DNA of 63,762 bases, filler included, from 8 parts of 8 records of this genome joined end to end with filler, not necessarily neighbours in it; one strand, 5' to 3'. Positions 1-10,076 are shown, counted from the first letter of the whole stretch. Notes: generated from the sequence alone by a model not told the origin. A program made the numbers and translations.

Positions 1-738
1 AACCTATTGTTACCCGTCTGGCGGCTGAAAAGAAGTCGTGAACGGATGTTTGATTCGATTCGGGTTGAGTTTAATCGCGGACATCAAGCCTATTTCGTCT
101 ACCCCAGAATAGAGGATACCGGAAAATCGAACCTGCGTGATGCCGAATCTATGTACGAATATCTGACAACACAAATCTATCCCGGTGTCCCGGCCGGGCT
201 TATCCATTCCCGCATTCCTGAGGATAAGAAGCTGGAAATAATGGATGCTTTCCGGGAAGGCAAGATCACCTACCTGGTTTCTACCAGTGTAGTAGAGGTC
301 GGGGTCGATGTTCCCAATGCCACCTGCATGGTAATAGAACATGCCGAACGCTTCGGGCTCTCCGCCCTGCACCAGCTGCGCGGACGTGTCGGCCGAGGAG
401 AGTTCCAGTCCTATCTGTTCCTGGTCTATTCTGATGAGCTGAATCCGGAAGGAAAAGAGCGGCTGATGATCATGAAAAGCACAAATGACGGTTTTGTTAT
501 CGCCGAAAAGGATCTGCAGATTCGCGGCCCGGGTGAAGTTGCCGGCATTCGCCAGTCTGGTTTTCTGCGATTAACTGCTGCCGACCTGATTTTGGATCAT
601 GACATTCTGACTACAGCCAGAACCGATGCCGAGAATATACTTGAGGATGATCCGGGACTGCTGGCTGCCAGAAATCAGGTTTATCGTGAAGTGCTGCAGC
701 GCTGCCCACCCTTTGATGAGGAACTGACTGAGGGGTAA
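1..738 (+). CDS. recG: ATP-dependent DNA helicase RecG, C-terminal part (5' truncated)
   Basis: Motifs STSVVEVGVDVPNAT, AERFGLSALHQLRGRVGRG, DGFVIAEKDLQIRGPGE and RQSG; probable homopolymer indel near nt 28-35. Confidence 0.95.
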   Translation, partial: NLLLPVWRLKRSRERMFDSIRVEFNRGHQAYFVYPRIEDTGKSNLRDAESMYEYLTTQIYPGVPAGLIHSRIPEDKKLEIMDAFREGKITYLVSTSVVEVGVDVPNATCMVIEHAERFGLSALHQLRGRVGRGEFQSYLFLVYSDELNPEGKERLMIMKSTNDGFVIAEKDLQIRGPGEVAGIRQSGFLRLTAADLILDHDILTTARTDAENILEDDPGLLAARNQVYREVLQRCPPFDEELTEG

Positions 739-766
739 AGGGATTATTCGTTGTAGGAATATCTAA

Positions 767-2068
767 TTACTCAAAATCCTCTATACGAATACTTACCGGT
801 TCCCCACCGGAAACATCGAGTTTTCGAATCTCTTTTATTGCCGCTTTGTAGTCCGCTTCCTTCACATTATGGGTCAGTATAACTACCGGGGCATAGCCGC
901 CTTTAAAGCGTTCACTCTGCACTACCGAAGCAATACTGATATTGTTGTGCCCCATAACTTCCATCACTTTCGCCATAGATCCCGGCTGGTCGAAGAGACT
1001 GAGACGCAGATAGTAGCGTTTTATGCTTTTCTCGGATGAACAGTAAGAAAGAGTATCTTTTTGGAGCATCATTGTGACACTAACCGGCTCACCGGCCTCA
1101 CTGAAGCGGTCCGCCGCCGCTTCCAGGATATCGCCGATTACCGCGCTTCCGGTTGGCATCTTACCCGCACCGCGACCATAGTACATGGTATCATCTACCA
1201 GGTCTCCCCTGACAAACACGGCATTGAACGAGTCGCTTACCGAAGCGATCATATGATCTTTCGGCACCAATGCTGGTTCCACGGACAATTCCACTTCACC
1301 GTTTTTATCTTTGATGATTGCCAGCAGCTTGATGCGATACCCCAGTTCATCTGCGTTGAGAATCTCCTGATTTGAAAGACCACGAATCCCGATTGCCTTG
1401 CAGGCTTCCATGGGGATTGGTGCACCATAGGCCATGGAGGCCAGAATTACCGCTTTGTGAGCTGTGTCGATACCGTCGATATCGAGGTCGGGTGGAGTTT
1501 CGGCGTATCCAAGCGCCTGCGCATCAGCCAGTATTTCATCAAACGGCAAACCTTCATGCTCCATTCTGGTCAGTATATAGTTACAGGTGCCATTTAAAAT
1601 ACCGTAAATGCTTTCAATATGATTACCGATCAGGCCTGCCCGCTGTGAACGTAAGACCGGGATACCTCCTCCAACAGCCGCTTCATAATAGATGCCTGTA
1701 CCGCTTTCTCTGGCAGCCCGGTAAATTTCCTCACCATGCTCCGCAAGCAGGGCTTTATTGGCGGTAACAATCGGCTTTTTATTTTTCAAAGATCTCAGCA
1801 CGAAATCCTTGGCAATCGTAACTCCGCCTACCAGCTCTACGATAACATCTATTTCAGGATCATCAATTACTGCCAGGGCATCGGGTGTAAGAATACTTTT
1901 ATCGATCTGCACACCGCGGTCACTTTCAATATCGAGATCGGCGATTTTTACCACATGGGGGCGCATACCTGTTCGTTGAGTTATAAGCTCCTCATTTTTT
2001 TGCAACCCTTCTACCACACCCGCGCCAACGGTACCGAATCCCAATATACCAATCTTTACTTCCCGCAT
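767..2068 (-). CDS. hom: Homoserine dehydrogenase with C-terminal ACT domain
   Basis: GFGTVG Rossmann motif, VTANKALLA, YEAAVGGGIP, GILNGTCNYIL, YGRGAG; C-terminal DQPG ACT-like domain. Confidence 0.95.
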   Translation of the reverse strand: MREVKIGILGFGTVGAGVVEGLQKNEELITQRTGMRPHVVKIADLDIESDRGVQIDKSILTPDALAVIDDPEIDVIVELVGGVTIAKDFVLRSLKNKKPIVTANKALLAEHGEEIYRAARESGTGIYYEAAVGGGIPVLRSQRAGLIGNHIESIYGILNGTCNYILTRMEHEGLPFDEILADAQALGYAETPPDLDIDGIDTAHKAVILASMAYGAPIPMEACKAIGIRGLSNQEILNADELGYRIKLLAIIKDKNGEVELSVEPALVPKDHMIASVSDSFNAVFVRGDLVDDTMYYGRGAGKMPTGSAVIGDILEAAADRFSEAGEPVSVTMMLQKDTLSYCSSEKSIKRYYLRLSLFDQPGSMAKVMEVMGHNNISIASVVQSERFKGGYAPVVILTHNVKEADYKAAIKEIRKLDVSGGEPVSIRIEDFE

Positions 2069-2172
2069 GTGTTTCCTCTCTATCTATCCACATAATGATT
2101 TTGTGTTTTATTTTTTCAGAGTATGATGGGAAGTGGGAATATTATCAAGGACCCATGTACTTCACAATTGTA

Positions 2173-2201
2173 TTGCCTGTTGGGAGCACTAGCAGTATAT
2201 T
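2173..2201 (+). promoter_or_regulatory. Putative sigma70 promoter for the heliorhodopsin gene
   Basis: TTGCCT-N17-TATATT about 80 nt upstream of the ATG. Confidence 0.45.
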
Positions 2202-2278
2202 CACGCTATCAGGGAATATTTCCTGCATATCGTTTACCACTTAACACTATTCCCTGAATGCAAATAAGGGGAACAAAT

Positions 2279-3076
2279 ATGACTAATAAAAAAACTATCA
2301 GTAAAGCTGAAAATACCATTACTTTCAGCAGACTGCGAAGGTTCAATATCATTATGGGTTGCCTGCATCTTGTGCAGGGACTCTTTATGTGGATAGTGAG
2401 CAACGATACCGCATATCCAATTTTTTCAAACTTTCTGGGATTCAATACCGAAACTTTTTCTTTATCGCCCGTTCCTGTCTTAGCATTTGAACTGCTATTG
2501 GGTCCTGCGGTGGCCATTTTTCTGCTGCTTTCAGCTCTGGCGCATTTTTATCTTTCCACAATAGGGTATGCCCGCTATGTCAAGAACTTGCAGCAGGGGA
2601 TGAATCCCATCAGATTTTATGAGTATGCGTTAAGTTCTTCGGTTATGATTGTGCTTATCGGTCTGCTGGCAGGACTCTGGGACCTTGGGGCAGTAATCCT
2701 GATCTTCTTTCTCAACGCTGCCATGAACCTTTTCGGCATTATGATGGAGTACCATAACCGCAATCTGAACAAGACAAACTGGACATCATTCATCTATGGC
2801 TCTATTGCGGGGATTGTTCCGTGGATCGTTATATTCATCTATTTTTTCGGATCAGTGAATTCCGGTGACGCAAAACCACCGGCTTTTGTCTATGCCATCA
2901 TTCCCACGCTGTTTGTTTTTTTCAATATTTTTGCCGTGAATATGGTCCTGCAGTATAAGAAGGTGGGGAGATGGAGCAATTACCTCTTTGGTGAGTATGT
3001 CTATATCGTGTTGAGTCTGGCAGCAAAGACGGTTCTGGCCTGGATGATTTTTGCGGGAACTCTGGCGCCTGTCTAG
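2279..3076 (+). CDS. heR: Heliorhodopsin (HeR)
   Basis: 7-TM pattern; LRRFN..GCLHLVQG (TM1 His), SALAHF (TM2 His), NPIRFYEYALSSSVM (Arg and Glu counterion), GEYVYIVLSLAAK (SxxxK retinal lysine); AAGGGGA RBS before ATG 2279. Confidence 0.95.
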   Translation: MTNKKTISKAENTITFSRLRRFNIIMGCLHLVQGLFMWIVSNDTAYPIFSNFLGFNTETFSLSPVPVLAFELLLGPAVAIFLLLSALAHFYLSTIGYARYVKNLQQGMNPIRFYEYALSSSVMIVLIGLLAGLWDLGAVILIFFLNAAMNLFGIMMEYHNRNLNKTNWTSFIYGSIAGIVPWIVIFIYFFGSVNSGDAKPPAFVYAIIPTLFVFFNIFAVNMVLQYKKVGRWSNYLFGEYVYIVLSLAAKTVLAWMIFAGTLAPV

Positions 3077-3204
3077 TAGATGACAGGTATTTTAGATAAT
3101 ATTCTCTTCAAGTTCACAGGTGATTTGTTATAAAGCACTTTATGGTTCGGGATTTTCCATAATATGGTACAATAATGCATCTCAGCGATATCAGGAGGAT
3201 TCGT

Positions 3205-3828
3205 ATGCTGAACCAACCGGAAATTACCGCCCGTACACTTGAGAATTTAAGAAGTCTGGATAATTTACAATGGTACCTGGTGGTACTTCTGGCTTTTGTT
3301 CTATATGTATATGGAACCGCGTTAGAACAGAAGAAATGGAATCAGATTTCCGCCGGGCTTGCGCTATACGCCGTGCACTGGTTTGTTGAAATAGTGAATG
3401 CCCTGATTCAGAAGTTCTCCGGCCACGCGCTCTGGACTGCCAGCGGCGGGACAAGTTTTGTAATTCTTGTTGGAGTTGGTATAGAAATCAGTTTTATGTT
3501 TTCCGTGGCAGGTCTTGTACTCTCCAAATTTCTTCCTGAAGACAGAAAACTGAAAATATTCGGTATTAACAACCGTATTCTTTTTGCAATAGTGAATGCC
3601 TTTCTGATTGCCTTAATTGAAGTACCGCTGGCAGCATCTCCAATCTTCCATTGGGTTTACCCTTGGTGGGGCATGCTAACCGTATGGATAATCATCTATA
3701 TACCATTCTTTCTGGCAGCCTTTCTCTGTTATGACGCTAAACCGAAGACACGCCGTGTTTTCATTGGTGGTCTGTTTGCGCTGAACCTGATAATGATGTT
3801 GATATTCATACCGTTGGGATGGATTTAG
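3205..3828 (+). CDS. Conserved-looking hypothetical integral membrane protein (about 6-7 TM)
   Basis: AGGAGG RBS at 3193-3198; multiple hydrophobic helices with intramembrane Glu/His/Trp (HWFVEIVNAL, GIEISFMF, HWVYPWW). Confidence 0.85.
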   Translation: MLNQPEITARTLENLRSLDNLQWYLVVLLAFVLYVYGTALEQKKWNQISAGLALYAVHWFVEIVNALIQKFSGHALWTASGGTSFVILVGVGIEISFMFSVAGLVLSKFLPEDRKLKIFGINNRILFAIVNAFLIALIEVPLAASPIFHWVYPWWGMLTVWIIIYIPFFLAAFLCYDAKPKTRRVFIGGLFALNLIMMLIFIPLGWI

Positions 3829-3862
3829 GAACATTACCCATTCAGGTATTGCATAAGAGATA

Positions 3863-4336
3863 TCACCGAAAATTCATAAACAGCCCGAATTCAGGCCAAA
3901 GGTCGAACGGGAACTGGATATCCCTGATTATATCCGTGTCCTCCTCAAAGAAAAGCGGGAATCCGGCGCCCGCCCGCAACCCTAAGCTAAGCGAATCAGA
4001 AAGATCCCGATGCAGTTCTACAGCTCCCCCGAAAGTGAGCATGGCTGCCTCGAAAGTCAGAGGTGCCGCCAGATTTGGTATCCCAACCAATACTTTCATA
4101 TGCCAGGGATTATCAACTATTGTTGTTTCAACAATTGCGTAGAGATCGCACATTACCAATCCCAAGGGTGAAATACCAAGATCTGTTTTCACACCCAGGT
4201 AATCATTGAAATGGTATTCAATACCTCCCTGGATTCCCAGCTGCCAATCAACTCCAACAGAGAAAATGAATCCCTCTCCTACGGCAGCTCCCAAAACAAG
4301 GCATAAGAGAATCAGTATGACAATGAGCTTTTTCAT
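3863..4336 (-). CDS. Small exported protein, probable outer-membrane beta-barrel
   Basis: MKK plus hydrophobic signal peptide; alternating Gly/aromatic beta-strand pattern; terminal strand FGLFMNFR; AGGAGG RBS. Confidence 0.6.
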   Translation of the reverse strand: MKKLIVILILLCLVLGAAVGEGFIFSVGVDWQLGIQGGIEYHFNDYLGVKTDLGISPLGLVMCDLYAIVETTIVDNPWHMKVLVGIPNLAAPLTFEAAMLTFGGAVELHRDLSDSLSLGLRAGAGFPLFFEEDTDIIRDIQFPFDLWPEFGLFMNFR

Positions 4337-4420
4337 AGCAGTCCTCCTAGGTTCAGTATACTTCCCATGAGGCTAAACTTGAAGATTTCATCATGCAATG
4401 AATCTGGATAAAAACAAACT

Positions 4421-5592
4421 TTATTCCAGATTATCACCAAACATAAGCGCACTGAGCACAAGCAGACCATGCAGCAGACTATCATCGTTGAAATCAAAGC
4501 CTTTCGAGTGGATCGGCGCATGTGTATCACCGGCCCCCAGCCAGAACATACATCCCGGACTTTGTCCAGATAGAATGCAAAGTCTTCAGCACCCATGGTA
4601 TGCTCCCGGGCAGGAATAAAAGCTCCTTCACCCAGTACTTTCTCTACCGCGTATTTAACAATAGTCGTATGTTCCTCATCATTGATAACCGGAATGTGAT
4701 ATTTATGATCATAGATCAGTTCATAATCTACTCCGCAGCTTTCCGCGGCTTTACAAATTTCATCCTTAACAGCTTTTTCAATGGCTTCACCTACACTCTT
4801 TTCCGTGTAGCGGGTTGTACCCTGCACTACTGCTTCACCCGGGATAACATTGGAATTGCTGCCGCCCTGAACGGCACAGACCGAAATAACCGCGCCCGAT
4901 TCGCTGTTGAAGCGCTGATGCAGGTTCTGCAGCCGCATGACAATATCTGCGGCAGGCAGCAGAGGATTGTTTCCAAGCTCCGGTTTTGCTCCGTGTGTAC
5001 CCTTACCTTTTATCGTGACATGAAACGTATGCGCGGCTGCGAACATGATGCCCGGCTTTGCCGAAACGGCCCCAACCGGTAAACCCGGCCAGTTATGAAA
5101 CCCATACACGGCTGACAACCCGTCACATACGCCTTTTTCCACAAGATCGGCACCCATGCAGGCCTCTTCCTCTCCCGGCTGAAAAATAAAGCGTACCGTA
5201 TTCGGCAGCTGGTCACGAAAGGTGTTGGCTATCATTGCTGCACCTATCAGAAGACTCATGTGTCCGTCATGACCGCAGGCATGCATCATACCTTCCAACT
5301 TGGAAGTATATGGCAACCCTGTCTGTTCAGAGAGCGGCAAAGCATCAATATCTGATCGCAGCCCCAGAACTTTTCCGGGGTCGCGGCCTGGTATTTCAAA
5401 TACAAGGTCCGTCCCCAGCTTCGGCTGCCAGTAGAGCGGCTGCAGGGTATCCGTAACTTCTTTAATGATTGAGCGGGTCACTACCTCATTCCCGGCTATC
5501 TCCGGATTCTGGTGCAGTGTATGGCGCAGTTCTTCGATTCCGGGCAATATTTCCTGAATATATGTACTAACAGTATCACGAGTAAGCATCAA
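4421..5592 (-). CDS. M20D family amidohydrolase (single frameshift near 4555, likely sequencing error)
   Basis: LHQNPEI, LRSDIDALP, MHACGHDGH, FQPGEE, GAEDFAFY; adding one C restores ...VPGCMFWLGAG..HSKGFDFND, ending at TAA 4421-4423. Confidence 0.9.
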
Positions 5593-5600
5593 TTTCTCCT

Positions 5601-5948
5601 TTACTCTACCAACCGAATACGGAACAGCATTGATCGGCCGTTTTTACCCGCTTCTTCCAGATTTCCGATTTTCCGCAGAAACCAGGAAAGTTTTGCAGCT
5701 TGTCCATAGGTGATAGATGCATGACCAGCCAACTCTTTATTGGTAAACTGATCTGGCAAAGTTTCTGGTAATAATATATTGAAAGATTCACGATTTTCCA
5801 AGATTATCGCATCTTTTATTTCCAGAAGCTGTCGATTTCTGATGCTGACCCCTTTTCTGCGCCAACTGCCGGAACCGTCATCGACCCGCTCTTCCAATAT
5901 CTTCACCGATACTATCTCACAAGAAAATAGCGGATGGGCAGCTGCCTG
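5601..5948 (-). CDS. Hypothetical protein, C-terminal part with HTH-like end (5' truncated at contig end)
   Basis: Frame open to the contig edge; GSWRRKGVSI and FTNKELA...LRKIG pattern. Confidence 0.7.
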   Translation of the reverse strand, partial: QAAAHPLFSCEIVSVKILEERVDDGSGSWRRKGVSIRNRQLLEIKDAIILENRESFNILLPETLPDQFTNKELAGHASITYGQAAKLSWFLRKIGNLEEAGKNGRSMLFRIRLVE

Positions 5949-5949
5949 A

Positions 5950-6049
5950 NNNNNNNNNNNNNNNNNNNNNNNNNNNNNNNNNNNNNNNNNNNNTTAATTA
6001 ATTAANNNNNNNNNNNNNNNNNNNNNNNNNNNNNNNNNNNNNNNNNNNN
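5950..6049. other. Artificial contig spacer
   Basis: N-run, TTAATTAATTAA (stops in six frames), N-run. Confidence 0.99.
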
Positions 6050-6096
6050 AAAGCGACGCGGCAATCCAGGGAAACTATTTTTTAAATTGGTGAATT

Positions 6097-8766
6097 ATGG
6101 GAAAAGATAAACTCTATTTAATTGACGGTAGCTCATATATTTTTAGAGCTTACTATGCAATAAGACCACTTACAAATTCTAAAGGTATGCCTACCAATGC
6201 GTTATATGGTTTTACCAGAATGGTTATGAAATTTATAGCTAATGAAGATATTAAGCATGTGGGGATTGTCTTTGATACTAAAGAGCCAACATTCAGAGAT
6301 GAGATGTATGATGAATATAAGGCAAACCGAAAAGAGCCGCCAGATGATCTCGTTCCACAATTTCCTTACTTTAAAAAAATTGTAGAAGCTCTGAATATTC
6401 ATAATTTCACAAAGCCTGGTTTTGAAGCCGATGATATTATCGGGACAATTGCTAGAGCTGCTGAAGAGCGTGGTTATGAAGTAGTGATGATAACTGGTGA
6501 TAAAGATTTTATGCAATTGGTTACCGATAATATCAAGATTTATGACACAATGAAGGAACGAAAGATCGATTACCCTGAGGTTAAAACGAAGTTTGGTGTA
6601 AGGCCCGAGCAGGTAACAGATATCATGGGTTTGGTCGGTGATAGTTCTGATAATATTCCAGGTGTACGCGGGGTTGGTCCAAAGACAGCTCTAAAGCTGA
6701 TTTCTCAATATGGTTCATTGGAGAACTTGCTTGAAAATGTTGATAAGGTCGCAAATCCGCGAATTAGAGTGAAGTTAAAAGAGGAATCTGAAAACGCAAA
6801 ACTGAGTAAGGTTCTTGCAACAATTAAGACAGATGTTCCTCTCGATTTTCAGTGGGATGAGTTTGAATTGACTGGGCCGAATCATGAAAAGATGGAAAAA
6901 CTCTTTACCGAATTAGAGTTTTTTAAACTTTTGGGCGAGGTGTCTCAAGATGCTCCCAAACCTTCAAAAAAGAAGAGTCGCTCAAGTAAGCCTCACGCCG
7001 TAAATATTGTTCAAAATGAAAAAGAGTTAAAGAATCTGGTTTTAAAAGTTAAAAAATCAAAGGAGACTTCTCTCTTTTTTGCTCTAAAGCCGGCTCTTGA
7101 GAATGAGTTTTTGGGTTGTTCTGTTTCTGTTGAAAATGAATCGTTTTATATTCCTCTTTGGCATGAAACTTTGGAATCTGTTTCCAACTTTAGTCTTTCA
7201 GATATCAGGCCACTCCTATTAGAGCTCGAAAAAAAACCGCTATATCTCTTTGATGCAAAAAAAATCTTAAGAAAACACAGTACGCTTTTTGATCAGAAGG
7301 AAAATGTTCTAGATATTAAATTGGCAGCATATATCCTAAATCCAGCATACCCTCAGGATCTTTTTGCTCTTTCAAAACAGATCTTGGGTGAAGAATCGGA
7401 AATTATAGCTGATAGTGATACTCCTAAGAGAAAGAAGAAGGAAATAACTCCTTTGACTATCGATCAGGCCAAGGATGTCGCCTGCACAGGCTCTGCAGAG
7501 GTTTTAAAGATAGCAAATGAAATTTGCCCAGAATTAAATAAGAATTTTAGTAGACTTTTATATAAGGTCGAAATGCCCCTTATGTGGCTTCTCTTAGATA
7601 TGGAACTCAAGGGGATTAAGGTTGATGTAGATCATCTCCATAAATTGTCAAAAGAGTATGATAAGAAGATTAGAGCTCTTGAGGAAAAAATCTATGATGA
7701 AGCTGGAGAAGAGTTTACAATTAATTCTCCAAAGCAGCTTTCACATATAATGTTTGAAGTTTTAGATCTCCCCGTAATAAAAAAGACCAAAACCGGTTTT
7801 TCAACAGACTCGTCTGTTTTGACAGAACTATCCGAGGAGTACGTTTTCCCAGAGATGATTTTAGAGTATCGCTCTTTGACAAAGCTGAAATCAACATATA
7901 TCGATGTTTTGCCGACACTTGCTGATGCTAAAAATAATAGAATTCACACTACATTTAATCAGGCTGTTACTGCGACTGGAAGACTTTCAAGTAGTGATCC
8001 AAATCTTCAAAATGTTCCTGCAAGAACAGAAGAAGGCAAGCGAATTAGAAAATCTTTTATTGCTGATAAGGATAATGTTTTACTGTCGGCTGATTATTCT
8101 CAAATTGAGCTAAGGATCTTAGCTGATATTTCAGGTGAAAAAGATCTTATTAATGCTTTTAATAATGGGGTAGATGCCCATACTGCAACTGCAGCAAATA
8201 TTTTTGGCGTTGATGAGAGTGAAGTCGATTCAGATATGCGCGGTGTTGCAAAGACTGTTAATTTTGGTGTTCTTTATGGTCAGAGTGCTTTTGGTCTTTC
8301 AAAACAGCTTGGGATAAATGTTGGTGAGGCTGATGCTTACATAAAAAGTTATTTCGAAAAATATCCAAAAGTTGCCTCTCTTAGAGAGAAGATTTTAGCT
8401 GATGCATCAAAAAACGAATATGTAGAGACCATCTTCGGAAGGCGCAGATATATTCCTGATATTAATAGTTCTAATAAGAGTGTTAAGGCCTTTGCTGAGA
8501 GAACCGCTTTTAATGCAGTATTCCAGGGAACAGCTGCAGACATAATAAAGATGGCCATGATAGATCTGAATAAGACATTAATAAAAGACTTTCCGGACAC
8601 CTCTATTCTTCTCCAGGTCCACGATGAACTTGTCTTTGAGACCCCTAAGAGTGTCGATGATAAATTAATTGAGTTGATTAAAGAAAAAATGTGCGAGATT
8701 GTGAAGTTGAAAGTCCCTCTTGAAGTTGATGTTAACTGGGGAAAAAATTGGTCTGAATGCAAATAA
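6097..8766 (+). CDS. polA: DNA polymerase I
   Basis: LIDGSSYIFRAYYA 5'-3' exonuclease; TATGRLSSSDPNLQN, ADYSQIELR, AKTVNFGVLYG, LQVHDEL. Confidence 0.98.
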   Translation: MGKDKLYLIDGSSYIFRAYYAIRPLTNSKGMPTNALYGFTRMVMKFIANEDIKHVGIVFDTKEPTFRDEMYDEYKANRKEPPDDLVPQFPYFKKIVEALNIHNFTKPGFEADDIIGTIARAAEERGYEVVMITGDKDFMQLVTDNIKIYDTMKERKIDYPEVKTKFGVRPEQVTDIMGLVGDSSDNIPGVRGVGPKTALKLISQYGSLENLLENVDKVANPRIRVKLKEESENAKLSKVLATIKTDVPLDFQWDEFELTGPNHEKMEKLFTELEFFKLLGEVSQDAPKPSKKKSRSSKPHAVNIVQNEKELKNLVLKVKKSKETSLFFALKPALENEFLGCSVSVENESFYIPLWHETLESVSNFSLSDIRPLLLELEKKPLYLFDAKKILRKHSTLFDQKENVLDIKLAAYILNPAYPQDLFALSKQILGEESEIIADSDTPKRKKKEITPLTIDQAKDVACTGSAEVLKIANEICPELNKNFSRLLYKVEMPLMWLLLDMELKGIKVDVDHLHKLSKEYDKKIRALEEKIYDEAGEEFTINSPKQLSHIMFEVLDLPVIKKTKTGFSTDSSVLTELSEEYVFPEMILEYRSLTKLKSTYIDVLPTLADAKNNRIHTTFNQAVTATGRLSSSDPNLQNVPARTEEGKRIRKSFIADKDNVLLSADYSQIELRILADISGEKDLINAFNNGVDAHTATAANIFGVDESEVDSDMRGVAKTVNFGVLYGQSAFGLSKQLGINVGEADAYIKSYFEKYPKVASLREKILADASKNEYVETIFGRRRYIPDINSSNKSVKAFAERTAFNAVFQGTAADIIKMAMIDLNKTLIKDFPDTSILLQVHDELVFETPKSVDDKLIELIKEKMCEIVKLKVPLEVDVNWGKNWSECK

Positions 8767-8867
8767 TAGTTGTTTTGATACACTTGCTTCATCCTGGCTT
8801 TTGAGCTGGGATCCAGCAATGCTTAACAAGTGTTAATTAAAATGTAATCACGAATTGACAATAAACA

Positions 8868-8899
8868 AAAAAAGCCTGCTACGAGTAGCAGGCTTTTTT
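8868..8899. terminator. Bidirectional rho-independent terminator
   Basis: AAAAAAGCCTGCTAC-GA-GTAGCAGGCTTTTTT between convergent genes. Confidence 0.9.
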
Positions 8900-8917
8900 A
8901 ATAAAATAATTTAAATA

Positions 8918-9931
8918 TTAAGCACTGAATTTCAGGACAAAATCGCCTATCTTGACAATATCGCCATTAGCAAGTGCATGCTCATTGATTTTCTCATCAT
9001 TTACAAAGACACCATTTGAACTGTGTAGATCTTCAATCAGAAATTCAGAACCTTGTCTCTTTATTAAAGCATGCTGACGGGATATCTTAGCCTCTTTCAA
9101 AATAATATGATTGGTAGAGGCTCTACCAATAGTCATTTCGTCCTCTGTAAGTTCAAAAATATCACCAGTTCCTTCGCCTTCAATCAACTCAAACTTAGCT
9201 TTTTGCTCACCCTCGATTTCATCAACGCTAATAGGGGTTCGACCAGTTTCTTCAAGTGCTGGGTTTGTATGCTCGCCGGCAGTTTCAGGTGCTACAACTT
9301 CTTCAGTATTAGCAGCAAAATAGTCATCACCACCGACATCATAACCTTCGTCTTCGGAAGCTGCTTCAGAAGTTTCGGGAGCTGCATGAATGTCAGTCTC
9401 TTGTGCGACTTCACTTGGAGGAGGTGGTGGAGGGGTTTCTTCAACAGGTTCTTCTATTCCGCCCTCTTCATCTTCGAAAAGTGATTCGTATTGTTCGATA
9501 TTGTTTTCAATTGCAGCTAATATTTTTTCAAACTTGCCTAATTTTTCATTAGCTTCATTTGCGGATTTATTGAAATCTTCTTCATCAAATTCGCCTAGAG
9601 AGTGACGAAAATTTATCTCTTCAAGTTGCTCGCGGTGAGTTTCAACGTTTTCAGTAACCTTCTTCTTGGCTTCGTATAAGGTGGCAAGTTCGCGATCGAT
9701 ATCTTGCTTTTTTTCAAGAAGTGAGTTTGTGTTCTCTTCAAGTTTTTCATTATAATCGCCTTTTACGCGATCATAGACTGATTCAGAAACTTCCGTTTTG
9801 GAGGCTTCAATTTTGGCTAAACGCTCTTTAATAACTTCTCTCTCTTCTTTGATCTTTGCAGATTCTTCCAAGAGTATCTTATTTAGCGGAAATTGAACCT
9901 CTTCTGTGGTATTTTTGCTCTCTTCTGACAT
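8918..9931 (-). CDS. Coiled-coil, acidic Pro-rich linker and C-terminal FHA domain protein
   Basis: FHA motifs TIGR, ISRQHA, DLHSSNGVFVN, GDIVKIG; heptad-rich N-terminus; GGAGG RBS. Confidence 0.9.
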   Translation of the reverse strand: MSEESKNTTEEVQFPLNKILLEESAKIKEEREVIKERLAKIEASKTEVSESVYDRVKGDYNEKLEENTNSLLEKKQDIDRELATLYEAKKKVTENVETHREQLEEINFRHSLGEFDEEDFNKSANEANEKLGKFEKILAAIENNIEQYESLFEDEEGGIEEPVEETPPPPPPSEVAQETDIHAAPETSEAASEDEGYDVGGDDYFAANTEEVVAPETAGEHTNPALEETGRTPISVDEIEGEQKAKFELIEGEGTGDIFELTEDEMTIGRASTNHIILKEAKISRQHALIKRQGSEFLIEDLHSSNGVFVNDEKINEHALANGDIVKIGDFVLKFSA

Positions 9932-10076
9932 TTTTCCTCCCCAAAAGTTGGCGAATCATAGATAAGAATGCCTTTTTTGTCAACTTAGATGCTTGAATCA
10001 CTATATTTACGTGATTTTTTAGCAATTATCAATATCTTTAATATTTTAAGAGAGTGATTTTATTTAATGATTCTAA

